Assembly: GCA_032718475.1 (NCBI GenBank)
Contig: JAUCBJ010007554.1
Span: forward strand, 1-64,000
DNA length: 64,000 nt
Direction of reading: 5' to 3'
From: Nemertoderma westbladi
Taxonomy: Eukaryota > Animalia > Xenacoelomorpha
Position 1 is the first letter of the stretch. The number at the start of each line of letters is the position of its first letter. Below the pieces are notes generated by a model. That model made no database searches and was not told where the DNA came from. It saw only the letters and a list, made by a program, of their open reading frames with translations. The translations under genes were made by a program, and so were the position numbers. Positions 1 through 11,736 of the stretch are shown piece after piece.

Positions 1-70
1 AGAATGTTGATTATCTAGGTTTTTAATTTCATTAGGCAGACCGTTCCAATTTTTAATAGTGTTAAAAAAG

Positions 71-1082
71 GGAAGCAGGACAATTCGGTCCCGGAAAATT
101 CGGTCCGGACAATTCGGTCCCGGACAATTCGGTCCCATTAATTTATTATTATTATTAATTAATTATTAATTTTGTGTTTTGGGACCGAATTGTCCGGGAC
201 CGAATTTTCCGGATTCTAACTAGGACAATTTGGTCCCAAAACATGCATATTTTTAATGGGACCGAATTGTCCGGGACCAAATTTAATTGGTACTATATAA
301 TGATGAATGTTCTAGAACCTTAATATATATTATTATATGGTAGCTAGTGTTTTTTTACTAGCTACAGTACTTTTTTTTGAAAATAAAAAAAATTTTACAT
401 TTTTTTGTTAACATTATTAGTTATGGTAGCTATGGTGTTTTTATGGAGGTTGTAAATTATTTACTAGCTAGTAATAATATGTATTTAAAATGTTTAAAAC
501 GGATTATTTTTATATATTGCGTACGGTATGTATACTGTATATGAGTTGTTGGTTGGTTAACAAGCTTAAATTATTATCCTAGATAATAGCTGGATCTCAT
601 TCAGGGACTGTTATAATATCATCAATATTTTTGGTAATTAATATAATCAGCAACAGTTTAGGCCTAATTCTGAAATATCAATGTTTTCACAAGTTTTTTT
701 ATAACTTCAAGGAAATGCTAGCTAGTAAAAAAAACACTAGCTGCACCTTAATAAATAATATATAATAATGTTCTCGAACACTTAGCAATAACAAAAATAA
801 AAAAAATACAGTATTTTTAAAATTTCAAAAAATTCTAGCAAGTAAATAACACTAGCTACCATAAAAAAATATCTATACTAATGTTGTAGAACATTCACCA
901 ATATCAAAAAAGCACTAAAAAGGTTGCTATCAGGAACCGGACAATTCGGTCCTAGGACAATTCGGTCCCGGACAATTCAGTCCCATTTATTTAGTGTTTT
1001 GGGACCGAATTGTCCGGGACCGAATTGTCCGGGACCGAATTGTCCGGGGCCGAATTGTCCGGGACCGAATTGTCCTACATCC
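71..1082. mobile_element. Non-autonomous Mutator/MULE-type MITE with subterminal 15-bp repeats
   Basis: Termini GGAAGCAGGACAATTCGGTCCCGG (left) and reverse-complement GGATGTAGGACAATTCGGTCCCGG (right). Perfect 9-bp TSD TTAAAAAAG at 62-70 and 1083-1091. Many GGACAATTCGGTCCC units in both orientations near both ends; AT-rich non-coding interior. Confidence 0.85.
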
Positions 1083-1329
1083 TTAAAAAAGAAAGTATCA
1101 GATTCAAAAGGATTTACATTTCGGGAGGTAGACGTTTGAAGCACTAGCTCTGGTACTGTAAGAGTGTGTATCGCGTACTCTGTTGAATTTTTGTTTTAGG
1201 TAATTGGGACATTTACCATTATACACTTTATGCACATGGTTAAGGCGTAGCTGCTTAACTCTACTATCTAAGTTAAGTAGTCCAGATTCAGAAAAGTCAT
1301 CTGGAGTTGGGATTATCCCCCGTTGAATC

Positions 1330-2549
1330 TGTTCGCGCTTTTAAGACCTTTGGCAGTTTAACCCGCCAAATCTATATGTCTTCTAAGTTATAAATCTACT
1401 CTAGCCTATGACAAGTATTGAACACCTATAATAATTCTAACATTAGCCAAAGCCAGTCTGTGCGCGACCATTCACCCGCTGGATATACCCGGGAGACTGG
1501 ATTTGGATGCTTTAATTTGATTGCGGTGCAGGCCTACTGTACTATTCGATTGATCGTTAATATATAATCTCTGACAAATATTATTCACTTTCGGGAAATA
1601 TTAGCAGTTCCTTTAGGACGTGGCGCTCTATCTATTTAAACAGAGCTATGACTTACACTATACACAACAGTATGTCTTATAGATCACCAAAGTGCATTCT
1701 TTAGGAAATGCTTTGTTACTCGGTCAAGCACACACAGACTATTGCACACAACTGCACACTGAATTGCCGACATTCACTGATTTTAATCATATATAAAGAG
1801 AATAACAACCGACATTTGTAGGGCCTATTAAGTAGCATTGAACTCACTACAAACCACGATAATGTATGTCGCAAATTGTTATATGTAACCGGTCTCTCTA
1901 ACCTTAGTGTATCAAGAAGATTGGGTTTTCGGATCGTTATCAATATTCTTCCCAATAATAATATGTAAACGAACGATACAATTAACAACACAGTAAATAG
2001 CAGTAAATAATGCGGCGAAAAGCAGTTTACATCAGGGTGCTTAATCAGATGCCGAGGTGCAAAACCGTGATAACCGTTTGATGATCTTATAATTAAAGAC
2101 GCTCTAATGTCAGAAAACATTCCCCGGCCGGTGTTCTAGGCGTGGGGGAAACGTCAGTACTGAACCCTGTAATTCTGCTGTACAGCTTTTACACAAAGAG
2201 GGAATCTCTGATTGGTCGAATGGCAAAGAGCTCCACGTGGACACAGCTGATAGATGTCGTCATTTTGAGCTGAGCAGAACAAAGAACCAAGGCAAGGCTC
2301 CGGGCAAGCTACACATGTAAAGCTCAGCCGTTAGCTGTCGTCATAGTAACGACACTGTTTCAAGAGGATCTAGGGCGTTGCGTCATAGAATTGCTAATTA
2401 TGTCCTCTAAAGTACACATACAGAAGAAATAGCTTTTATGTCCCCTAAAAACACCGGTACAGCAATGACACGGCCTTTTATGCCTGCTAAACCAACTACA
2501 GAGTACTTTACGGGGAAAATGACCGGGCAATTCCGCAAAAGCTTTTACA
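1330..2549 (-). repeat. 3' LTR
   Basis: Direct repeat of 11737-12956, TGTT...TACA on + strand, adjacent to TSD and PPT-like tract. Confidence 0.95.
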
Positions 2550-5542
2550 CCGCTCCCAGAAAATGGGATTTTAGTCTATAAAATATAAAAATCACAATTT
2601 CTAAAATATAAAGATACTCTAAACAGTTAGTTTTTCTTGCGCGGACGGCGTTTACGCAGTTTCTTGAGACTAGCAAGAGTCCTTTTCTCTTTGGGGGGAG
2701 CCACTTTACTAGGAGGGCTATAACTCCTGGGTGAAGGGTGCAATACAATTGCATCAGAAGATTTAGGGTTACGGTCAGTGTCTCGTCCATTTCGATCTGC
2801 TTCTCCTCGAGCTGATTTTCCTCCGCTTGTGGTTGGACACGCTCGTCCAAAACTCTCGCAGAGAATAGGGTTGTCTAAGCTCGATATCTTCTTAGAGATT
2901 CAAGATTTCCCAATCGAACTGAGATAAAGCCAATTCGTTTACCGCTTGGACTTGCTGTTATAACTTACGTTTATCTGAACAAACGCAGGTTTCCTTTCTG
3001 ATCTTTGTAGAATAGCGTTTAACTTGTTTCGTACAACGCTCTCCTTCACCTTGATGAAGGGTTGTATCGCGTTAAACTGGGACGACCATACGGTTGAATG
3101 GTGATATTAGGTGTCCGCGTCCCAATACGGCTAGGTAAGATGGGCGGCTAGCTAGAGCTCGCTGCCGGAGTGTTACCGATTAATTGTTAGGGTAGCACTA
3201 GATCTTTGAACAGTGAATACAGCTCGTGAGGATCCGGGATACCATCAGAATCGAAAGTCTGAGGTCTAATCAAGGAACGAGGTGGTCTGACCGAGTATTC
3301 CGGAACTATAATCGTAGGTTTACTCAAGGATCGTCTGAGTCGAGCGAGCGTAGGTGATATGTCGAACAAGTTTCGGTTTCCGTGGATGTTTATGTCTTTC
3401 CGTTTATTAGTTGGGTCTAGGGCATTTATCGTAATAATACCAAAGACGCACGTCTGGTAGGGGAAACGCGGATGATATTTATTTGTTGTTACAATGCTTC
3501 TATCAAGAATTCCAAATATACGTTAGAGTTACCGCGTCCATTTGTCTCTCTAATGTCTTTTCTTTCGATTCGATTTCGAATAGAATTTTCGCATTCGTAT
3601 TTCAGTTTATCGTTCCGACTCCGCTGGGTAGGATATATGTTCGACATAGTCCGTATCGTGTGAATCGATAGAATGGCCAATGGTTAAGAAGTCCATATAC
3701 GTACTACTACGATGCGTGTAGCGAGCGGTGACACGTAAGTTGCTTCTAGGAAATCGTCGGTTCGATATAACGACCATCGTCCTCCGTAGTAGTTGGACTA
3801 GCGTTGCCGCGTATCAAGCTATAAACAAACACTTGTAAAGGTAGAGTATATCGCTCCCCGATACCAAGACCATCTTCTATCAACTCCGTTATATCTGCTA
3901 TATATGAGTTTATTAATATTATAATGAGCTTATAATTAGGCTAGCGAGCGTCGCTGCCTACCCCAATCAGCCCCCGGACAGTGTAAGATCCTCAGCGTAA
4001 ATGTATCGTCGTCGCTGTGTTTTCCGCCAACGTGTAGCTACACAACGACAACGACACTAGCACGAGTCACTCCACTGTCCGTCCCAAAGGCTTAGATACA
4101 CTTCAGGTTCTTACTGGAGAGTTAGGGTTACTTTCACAATTGCGACTCGCTACTGTAAACACACCTTAGTAGTAACATTCGCCTATAAACTCACAAATTC
4201 CACACACACAACTGTCACAAATTACACACACTCGGGCCATTTGTCCGTTAGTCAGTGCCTTCCAGAATGCCACATTATTATTATGTATCCTTGGATACTA
4301 GCAGTGCGCTATTTATTTCTTACTATGCAATGGGGCAAGCTTTCTATTGTTCTTTTTAACTTGCTTCTAATTCTAGCGTGGGTGTTACTATGGTGACATT
4401 ATGGAAAGCTAGCGGTAGAATTAGGGTAATTCCAATGCATACAGATCTGGGATGCTATTTAATAGTAATTCTTTAATGGTCCAATATCTCGTTTATATAT
4501 GATTTTATAAATTTTATCGGCTATTGACTCATACATGGGAGATTCTCACACTCTAACACACTTAATAAGATGAATCTCCGCTCCCGTGATCTATTAATTA
4601 ATGGGATTTTGGGAATGTTATAAATTGCACAGAATGACAATTTATTAAATTCATTAAAATATGAATTTAAATTTATTCCCTGAAATTTTATTATTTGATA
4701 GTACAATTGACACAATTTGATTCCAGAGCAGGTCTGGGGACATAGGATCCTTAATTCTATGAAAATTGTCTTTTAAGAGTATCGGTAAGTGCTACGATAT
4801 CTTAATCGACTAGAATTGTTAAAGGATCTGAATTTTACAGATTTTGATTTATAGATTTGTAAATATTAAATAATTAATATTTGAGATGGGCACCAATTTA
4901 TTCCAGAACTTGTCTGGGGACGTTAACCACTGATTCTAGAATTTGTCTTTCAAGTATATCGGTGGGTGCCGCGATATCTTAATCGACTAGAATTACAGAT
5001 GGTCAAAAGGTTTAACAGATTTATTTGCGTTTCACGCTACTGTTAGAGGGACATCACACTACTATATGTATTATTATATATGGTATGAGAGCAATATCGC
5101 ACGAAGCAATGTCAGTGTGAAGAGGCAAGTCGTTTCCAAGGTCTACCCAGAGCTTGGTTTAGCCGAGACACGAGGATCTGAACTTTGCATTCCTAATACT
5201 CTGCCTACCAATAATACTTGAATATAGTAGTGGCTTTATTGTACTTTAATAAGTACGGACATTTCATCTTACTGTAGTCACGTATTTATAATATGATACG
5301 GACAGTAAGGAAAGAGAAAAAATAATTATTTCTCGCCGTCGCACTAAATATATATTATAAGTAATTACGTACGTAATAAACACTAATATATTGCACTAAT
5401 CTACTAAATAATCACTAAAATAACATTATACTGAATAAAATTAAAGAAAACGATTATAATAAAATTACATAATAATACATACATAAATATAAAATAAAAA
5501 CAAATATAAAATGATATAGTCACACGCCCACTCCATATGTTA

Positions 5543-8500
5543 TTACGTTATGGAGTCCCTAGATATTTGTCGGATTAGGGAAGTGGTCGTAGGAAGAGTA
5601 TCTTGCCTTCCATAGTTTCCGGACAGTTTTCGGTCTCTTTCCAGTAAACATAAACGACCAACTGGGCGATTGAGTTGTTGTGTTACTTTCTCCGCTCCCT
5701 TGGCCTGTCTAATCTCCGCCGTGGTAAGATGAGGAGGCCATTCTTCTTCTTCTTTACTTAAGAAGTCGGATCCACCTAACCAGCCTGGAGTATCTATTAG
5801 TTCTTGAGGAGTTGCTCCTCTGGAAGCAATGTCGGCTGGATTAATCGTCCCAAGGCAATGTCTCCATTGATCTATAGTGGAGTTAATATCGTCATTATCT
5901 GAGGAGTATGGTGTTCCCTCAGTTAGTTCGTCCACCTCACTGCTCTCCACTTCCCATTCCTTTACTTGGTATACCTGTTGTTGAGGTAATCTCTCTTTGA
6001 GAGTTCTACGGGAAGGGCCAGTGAAGTACCAACCTACTCTAGTTCTTACCGCATAGGTTTGTAGTGGCTGTGGTTGAGCAGGCCGTTTCTCCAATGTCTC
6101 TAGCGCATCATGTGCGTTTTGGCCGATGAGTATTTGCACTCCAGGATAATCTGTGTGGAATCGAGGTATCTTAAACTGATGGATGCTCTCGTCCTCATCC
6201 CAGTTATAAGGTTCTACTTGGGTAGTAGCGAAGTTCTTTATAGCCACCATTTTTACTGACCTTATACTTTGTTCTCCTAATTTATCCTGGGGGGTGGACA
6301 ACGCACCTACATAGTAATCTGCCGTTATGGTAGATTTCCAAACCTGCATAATTCCTGACATATTCAACTTAGTTCGGAATTTGGGTTGTCCAGCAAAGAT
6401 GTCTTCGGCTAGTTCTTGATCGATGAATGTTCCTGTGCTGCCGGAGTCAAGGAGGGCGTTTACTATGTAACTTTTGTTAGGACCGTGAACTCTTACCTGC
6501 ACTACAGGAAATTCTCTGATTCCTACGTTGGAAGTTGGAGGTTTCCAAGATGGTTGTCTGTCAAAGGTAGTTGGGGGGAACTCATTGTCGGTGTCCTTTT
6601 CATACGTAAGTGCTCGATACACTACGGTATTTATTAGGTAACAGGATTCGTTGGCGTCGGAGAATTCGTCCGTATAGAATCCTTCCATCTCAGATTCTTG
6701 ATCAGTGTCATTTACATCACTGAATTGGACATGTAGTTCGGGCTCACTTACCTGACTCGGGTTGTTTCGTTCGAATTCACTGTGTAACAAGATGTGATGT
6801 TTCGCACCGCACTTTGCACACTTTACGTCGGAGTAACAGGTTCGCCGTTGGTGTCCTTGTCTGAGGCAATTATAGCATAACCGCTTATCCCACATGACTT
6901 CACGTCTGTCTACCAGGGATTTCTTTAGGAATTCAGCACACACACTCAAACGGTGGGGCCCGTCGCACAGCGCACATTTTGGTTTGATGTTACTCACTTT
7001 ACCTTGGGTAACGTTATGCAGTCTCGTTCTTTCTTCGGGCTTTCTTCCGTGAATTCTCTTAGGAGACGTAGGAAGAGTTGTTGTTACCTGTTCTCTCCTG
7101 TCACTGGTTCGAGACTTATATTTACTTACGTCTTTATAGGTCTTGTTGTCATAGTAAGATTTTGCTGTGTCTATCCCGCTGTCCTCTTCTTGAGAAGCTT
7201 GGCTTTCGCCGTCGTCAGTATAACACACTGGTGTTACCCTTCTCCTAGAAACGGGTTTCTCACTTACCTTATTTTCTGATGTTTTCTCTCTGGACTGCTT
7301 TATGAGTTGTAATTTTACTTCACTATCTAAGAAGGACATGAGATCAGCCATGGTAGGGCCTCGTCGTTGCTGCTCATTCATATACAACACTTTCTTGTCC
7401 CAGCGTGTACATACTCCACCCTTTGGTAAAGTAGAGACTACGGCTCCAATAACCATGGAACTCTGATATTCCTGAGACTTACCTAACCAATCCAATTGTC
7501 TACAGATCTCCTGAATCTCATCGGAAAACTCTATAATCCCGCTACTAAGGAACTTTCGGGGGGCTACTAATTTTGCATACAAATACTTAGCTATGTTATC
7601 CTTGTTACCATACCTGATGTTTAATGTATCCCAAACTTGTCTTAATCCATCTGGATGTCCAATAAACTTTAACGCCATTAACTTGGGAGGTCCTTCCAAG
7701 CACTTGATGAGGAATCTAAGTTTCTCTCCGTTAGATAGTACAGAGTTCTGTATGCTATCTTTGTAATATTCATTAAAAGGTAACCATTTCATCTCATCTC
7801 CATTGAATTTGACGATTTCTCCCACTTTGACCGCTTGGCGGGCTTCTGTTCTAGCCATCTGACGCGTAAAGCTTTCTTGGGCCATCGTATTATTTAATAT
7901 CGAATTATCGGTATATAAATTTCTCGGATTATTATCAGGTCTATAGGGAATATCATTAACAACAGGTTTATAATCACCCTTAATAGGGTTTGCTATAGGA
8001 GTTTCTACTTCACTAGCAGTATAGATGCATGTAGGCTCCACACCTTGCGCATGTAATACTTCAGACCTAACAGGTTGACACAATGTTACAGGGGGTATTG
8101 GTATACCCTTTTGTATATTGACTAATTTGTCGCGTTCTAGCGCGATACTTTGCTGCACTTCTTGCAATTCTACCCTACTTTCCCTTAATGTTCCCTTAAG
8201 TTGGTGGACAGTCTCCTGCATCTGTCCGAGCAGGAGATTCATCCCCCGCCGTCCCTCCTCTACCCACTCGACCGTCGAAGCGGGAGTCGCCAACATTGTA
8301 GTGGGCCGACGCGGGACGACGGGAGACAAATCTTTGGTTTCTCTCTCGGCGTCCAGGACAGGGATATTCTCATGGACTGTTCTACCGGGTACAGGCAGTG
8401 TAGTACTGTGTAAAGGGAATTTAGAGTTAAGCTCTGGAAGTACAGGGGTCTCTAGCACAGGAGTGGCTTTGGGAACGACAGGCCTAATTATTTCAGGCTC

Positions 8501-9562
8501 ATCAACTATCGTAGGGAGTCTTTTGACCTTAATAATTTGGTCTGTGGGTTCTGTACTACCTAAGTCTGTGCTAGCTAGTTGTCTTCTAACAGCTGGGGGC
8601 AAATCAGGCAATTTGTGACGGTGAGATGTTTTTCTACGCCTGCTTAGACGAGATCTATTTCCTCCGCCTTGAGGATCGGTGGTCTCGCCTTCCTCCGATG
8701 ATGTGTATCCCTGGCGTTTGGGAGTAGATCGACTCATCATCTGCATTTGACTAGCAGTTAATTGTTTATTTATGTTGTCTTGCGTCTCTTGCAGATTTTC
8801 CAACTCCAGTTGGGTAGTCTCATCAGACGCTCTCCGTTCTGCTTCTGCCACTGCCCTTGCCTCTGCTACTGCTGCTGCCTTTCGGTCCTCTATCCGTCTT
8901 TTCTTTACTTGTTCTTCCTGGACTCTAGCGAGGCGGAGTTTTTCATCAAATTTAGCTTGGTTTGCAGCTAACATTTCCGCATAGATTGCATCCAACACAA
9001 GCTTGGTTCCTTCACTATTAGGGCGAAGTCCAGACAGTCGTCTCCTCAACTCTTCGTCTCCTAGGAATCGCTGATAGTCTGACAGATAAATATCAATAGC
9101 GTCTCTCTTTCGCGGCTCCCCCGCTGTCACTTCGCTTTCTTCTTGAGAAGAAGTGGCGTCGGTTGATTCTTCAAAGGTTGGCCACTCATCATAAACCGTA
9201 TCCGCCATCTTCGCTCTGAGTTCGGGCGTCCGCTCAACAGTATCCGAACTACTGGAGCTATCGGGCCGCTGAGAACTAGGTTCTTGGCTAGGAGGTTGCT
9301 GCTGTTTGATAGCTGCTTCTTGATCCCGCTTGACTTGGGCCCGAGTGCCGATGATAGACCTACGCTGTTCTACTAGCCTAGGGTCTGACACTACTACTGT
9401 AGGGATGGCCTTTCTTACAATAGTAGGTGACTTAGACTTGGATCTAGGATGTTCTATACTTTGATCTTGGTCACAGATCCTTTTAATACGCTGTCTAAGT
9501 CTAATACTCATTCTAACACTTTCTAAGAGACTATCTGACAGTGATTGGGTTGCGTCTGACAT
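5543..9562 (-). CDS. BEL/Pao Gag-aspartic protease polyprotein (1339 aa) with fused RNase H-end and integrase-tail remnants
   Basis: DUF1759-like KFNGDEMKWLPF...LSNGEKLRFLIKCLEG; BEL/Pao triple Cys-His cluster CALCDGPH...CYNCLRQGH...CAKCGAKHHILLH; protease ALLDSGST plus ILIGQN and RTRVGW; then QWRHCLGTINPADIASRG...WLGGSDFL...WP and RPVGRLCLLE. No RT YxDD or integrase DDE core. Confidence 0.93.
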   Translation of the reverse strand: MSDATQSLSDSLLESVRMSIRLRQRIKRICDQDQSIEHPRSKSKSPTIVRKAIPTVVVSDPRLVEQRRSIIGTRAQVKRDQEAAIKQQQPPSQEPSSQRPDSSSSSDTVERTPELRAKMADTVYDEWPTFEESTDATSSQEESEVTAGEPRKRDAIDIYLSDYQRFLGDEELRRRLSGLRPNSEGTKLVLDAIYAEMLAANQAKFDEKLRLARVQEEQVKKRRIEDRKAAAVAEARAVAEAERRASDETTQLELENLQETQDNINKQLTASQMQMMSRSTPKRQGYTSSEEGETTDPQGGGNRSRLSRRRKTSHRHKLPDLPPAVRRQLASTDLGSTEPTDQIIKVKRLPTIVDEPEIIRPVVPKATPVLETPVLPELNSKFPLHSTTLPVPGRTVHENIPVLDAERETKDLSPVVPRRPTTMLATPASTVEWVEEGRRGMNLLLGQMQETVHQLKGTLRESRVELQEVQQSIALERDKLVNIQKGIPIPPVTLCQPVRSEVLHAQGVEPTCIYTASEVETPIANPIKGDYKPVVNDIPYRPDNNPRNLYTDNSILNNTMAQESFTRQMARTEARQAVKVGEIVKFNGDEMKWLPFNEYYKDSIQNSVLSNGEKLRFLIKCLEGPPKLMALKFIGHPDGLRQVWDTLNIRYGNKDNIAKYLYAKLVAPRKFLSSGIIEFSDEIQEICRQLDWLGKSQEYQSSMVIGAVVSTLPKGGVCTRWDKKVLYMNEQQRRGPTMADLMSFLDSEVKLQLIKQSREKTSENKVSEKPVSRRRVTPVCYTDDGESQASQEEDSGIDTAKSYYDNKTYKDVSKYKSRTSDRREQVTTTLPTSPKRIHGRKPEERTRLHNVTQGKVSNIKPKCALCDGPHRLSVCAEFLKKSLVDRREVMWDKRLCYNCLRQGHQRRTCYSDVKCAKCGAKHHILLHSEFERNNPSQVSEPELHVQFSDVNDTDQESEMEGFYTDEFSDANESCYLINTVVYRALTYEKDTDNEFPPTTFDRQPSWKPPTSNVGIREFPVVQVRVHGPNKSYIVNALLDSGSTGTFIDQELAEDIFAGQPKFRTKLNMSGIMQVWKSTITADYYVGALSTPQDKLGEQSIRSVKMVAIKNFATTQVEPYNWDEDESIHQFKIPRFHTDYPGVQILIGQNAHDALETLEKRPAQPQPLQTYAVRTRVGWYFTGPSRRTLKERLPQQQVYQVKEWEVESSEVDELTEGTPYSSDNDDINSTIDQWRHCLGTINPADIASRGATPQELIDTPGWLGGSDFLSKEEEEWPPHLTTAEIRQAKGAEKVTQQLNRPVGRLCLLERDRKLSGNYGRQDTLPTTTSLIRQISRDSIT

Positions 9563-10875
9563 GTTTGTTTACACAGTTGAATGCCTACGGCTATAAATAC
9601 AGTTAAAGTAAGTCTAGTAATTCAATATCACTGTTGGCCTAATAATTAATTACCGATACTGCTACTCAGTGTAACGTGGTATATATATAAAATATATTAG
9701 AATACCGGTATGCTTATAGTATATATAAGTACTATTTCAGACTAGATTTATCACAGAATACCGGTATGTAATTTCAGCACAAATATATATAAATATATAA
9801 TAGGCCTATCGTGAATACCGGTATACAGCTTACACTTATAGTAGATATAAGTATAATTCTGGACTAGAATTAATTACAGAATACCGGTATAATTTCAGCC
9901 TAAATTTATAGAATAAATATAATAAGCCTATTGTAAATACCGGTATGTCAATTATTTTAGAATAATTGAATTTCTGAATGTTAGGGGTTACTTGGTTACT
10001 TTACTCACTTTATTACCGTTATTTGAGCAGCAGTCCAACTGATATTAAGACCTAAGTGTTGTATAACAGGCCTACTATTTTATTAATAGATTTAGTGGAT
10101 TTATATGTACCCGTATGAGGGGTTTTGTTACAATATTGAAATAGATGTTATTATTTCTAGGAAGTAATCACTACACAAAAGCTGTGCGCTCTCAGTGAAG
10201 TGCTACTTATTGGACACTAAAACAGATAATTCTACTTCCTAAGTTACTTATCTACGAATTACTTACGATACGGGTGAGATTAATTCTCTAACTAAATACA
10301 ACAAAAATATTACGTACGAAATTTTAGGGTAATTTTACAGGGAAACTACAAACCAGTCTAACAAAGGGTTAGAACTTCTGGTTATTACAACTGACAGGAT
10401 ACTACGGTATTTGAGAATAATAAAGTAGTAGTAAATACACTGTGTTGTCCAGATAGGAAAATACCACCGTCTGACGACCTATAGCCGTATCGCTATAGGT
10501 ACTACGTTATGTATCACGGAGTGTCCCTACCTAGAAGTTAATTACCGCGGTCTACCAGAACCAACGTGCCTATTAACCACTTTACAACACAATATACTGC
10601 CCACACACTAATTACCTTCGGAAAGCACTGTACACTAAACCCTAAATTAGGTACAAGTACTTGTACAACAAATAATCAGTAGTTAAAAATACTTGAACAG
10701 CTAAAAGAACCACGGCATCTGCTGGAGTGACCGGTGCACAAAATCACCAGTCTTTACCTACGCCAAGCAGCCCGTGTAGTACCTGGGTTAATTTAACTAT
10801 AACGGTATGTGTAACAAGCACAATTACTGTAGGAATAAACTTGGGGACATGAATGTTGCGAATAATCGCGTAAAC

Positions 10876-11448
10876 TCTGAATAATAAATATTACGCTATC
10901 CGTACAGAATACTCAAACAAAATACAAACCAAACGCTGGCAGACTACCATCAAGCCTAAATAAACTACAGTATGTGCAGATTCCAAAATGGTTAGTTAGT
11001 ATGCGCAATAACACGGTAGTACGACTTATTCTTTAGGAGGGGGTTGACCTTACAACTCAAGATGCCCCAACTTACTAACTGGCACTTTATCGGACAGACT
11101 CTACACACGCAGCAATCTCTTCAGACCTAATAACAGCTAGACAACAATCCAGCCTACAAAATATCTGAATAATAACTATTACGGTACCTGAACAGACCAC
11201 ACAAACAAACACAGGCTAAAACGCTGGCAGACTACTATCAAGCCTAAATAAACTACAGTATATGCAGATTCCGAAATGGTTAGTTAGTATGCGTTCTAAC
11301 ACGGTAGTACGACTTATTCCTTAAGAGGGGGTTGACCTTACAACTCAAGATGCCCCTACTTACTAACTGGCACTTTATCGGACAGACTCTATACACACTG
11401 CAATCCGTTCAGACCTAACAACAGTCAGACAACAGTCCAGCCTACAAA
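10876..11448. repeat. Diverged ~288-bp tandem duplication in the retrotransposon 5' leader
   Basis: aaacgctggcagactac...cagcctacaaa block present twice (about 10876-11160 and 11164-11448). Confidence 0.85.
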
Positions 11449-11736
11449 TTGTCTGTACAGACTGAGCAGGCTTACACGCCTTCTGCTCAATACTAGCCTA
11501 CAAATAAATAAAACTGACAGAAATAAGTAAGCTCCAAAAGAAACAGGGGGTGTACAGTCCCTAATCTCTTAAACAGCCTACCAGTATACAATATCACAAT
11601 CGAAATAGTACTGATATACCTGTACTGTTGTAAGTACCGGTCCGGGTGATCAGGCAGTCAGGCCTACTGGTTACCGGTCGACCGGTACTTTAGTCTTGAT
11701 TGCTTACGCCGCAATCAAGATCCTACAAACGGTTAT

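Noticed and set aside
924-1139. 71-aa ORF with GPNCP repeats
   Set aside because: Translation of the MITE's 15-bp subterminal repeats.
1716-2120. 134-aa hydrophobic ORF present in both LTRs (also 12123-12527)
   Set aside because: Duplicated only because it lies in the LTR; no recognisable domain, and hydrophobicity is expected from T-rich sequence. Cannot be fully excluded without family-level conservation data.
10471-10505. CTGACGA followed by a hairpin, resembling a hammerhead start
   Set aside because: No GAAA after the stem and no stem I/III pairing.
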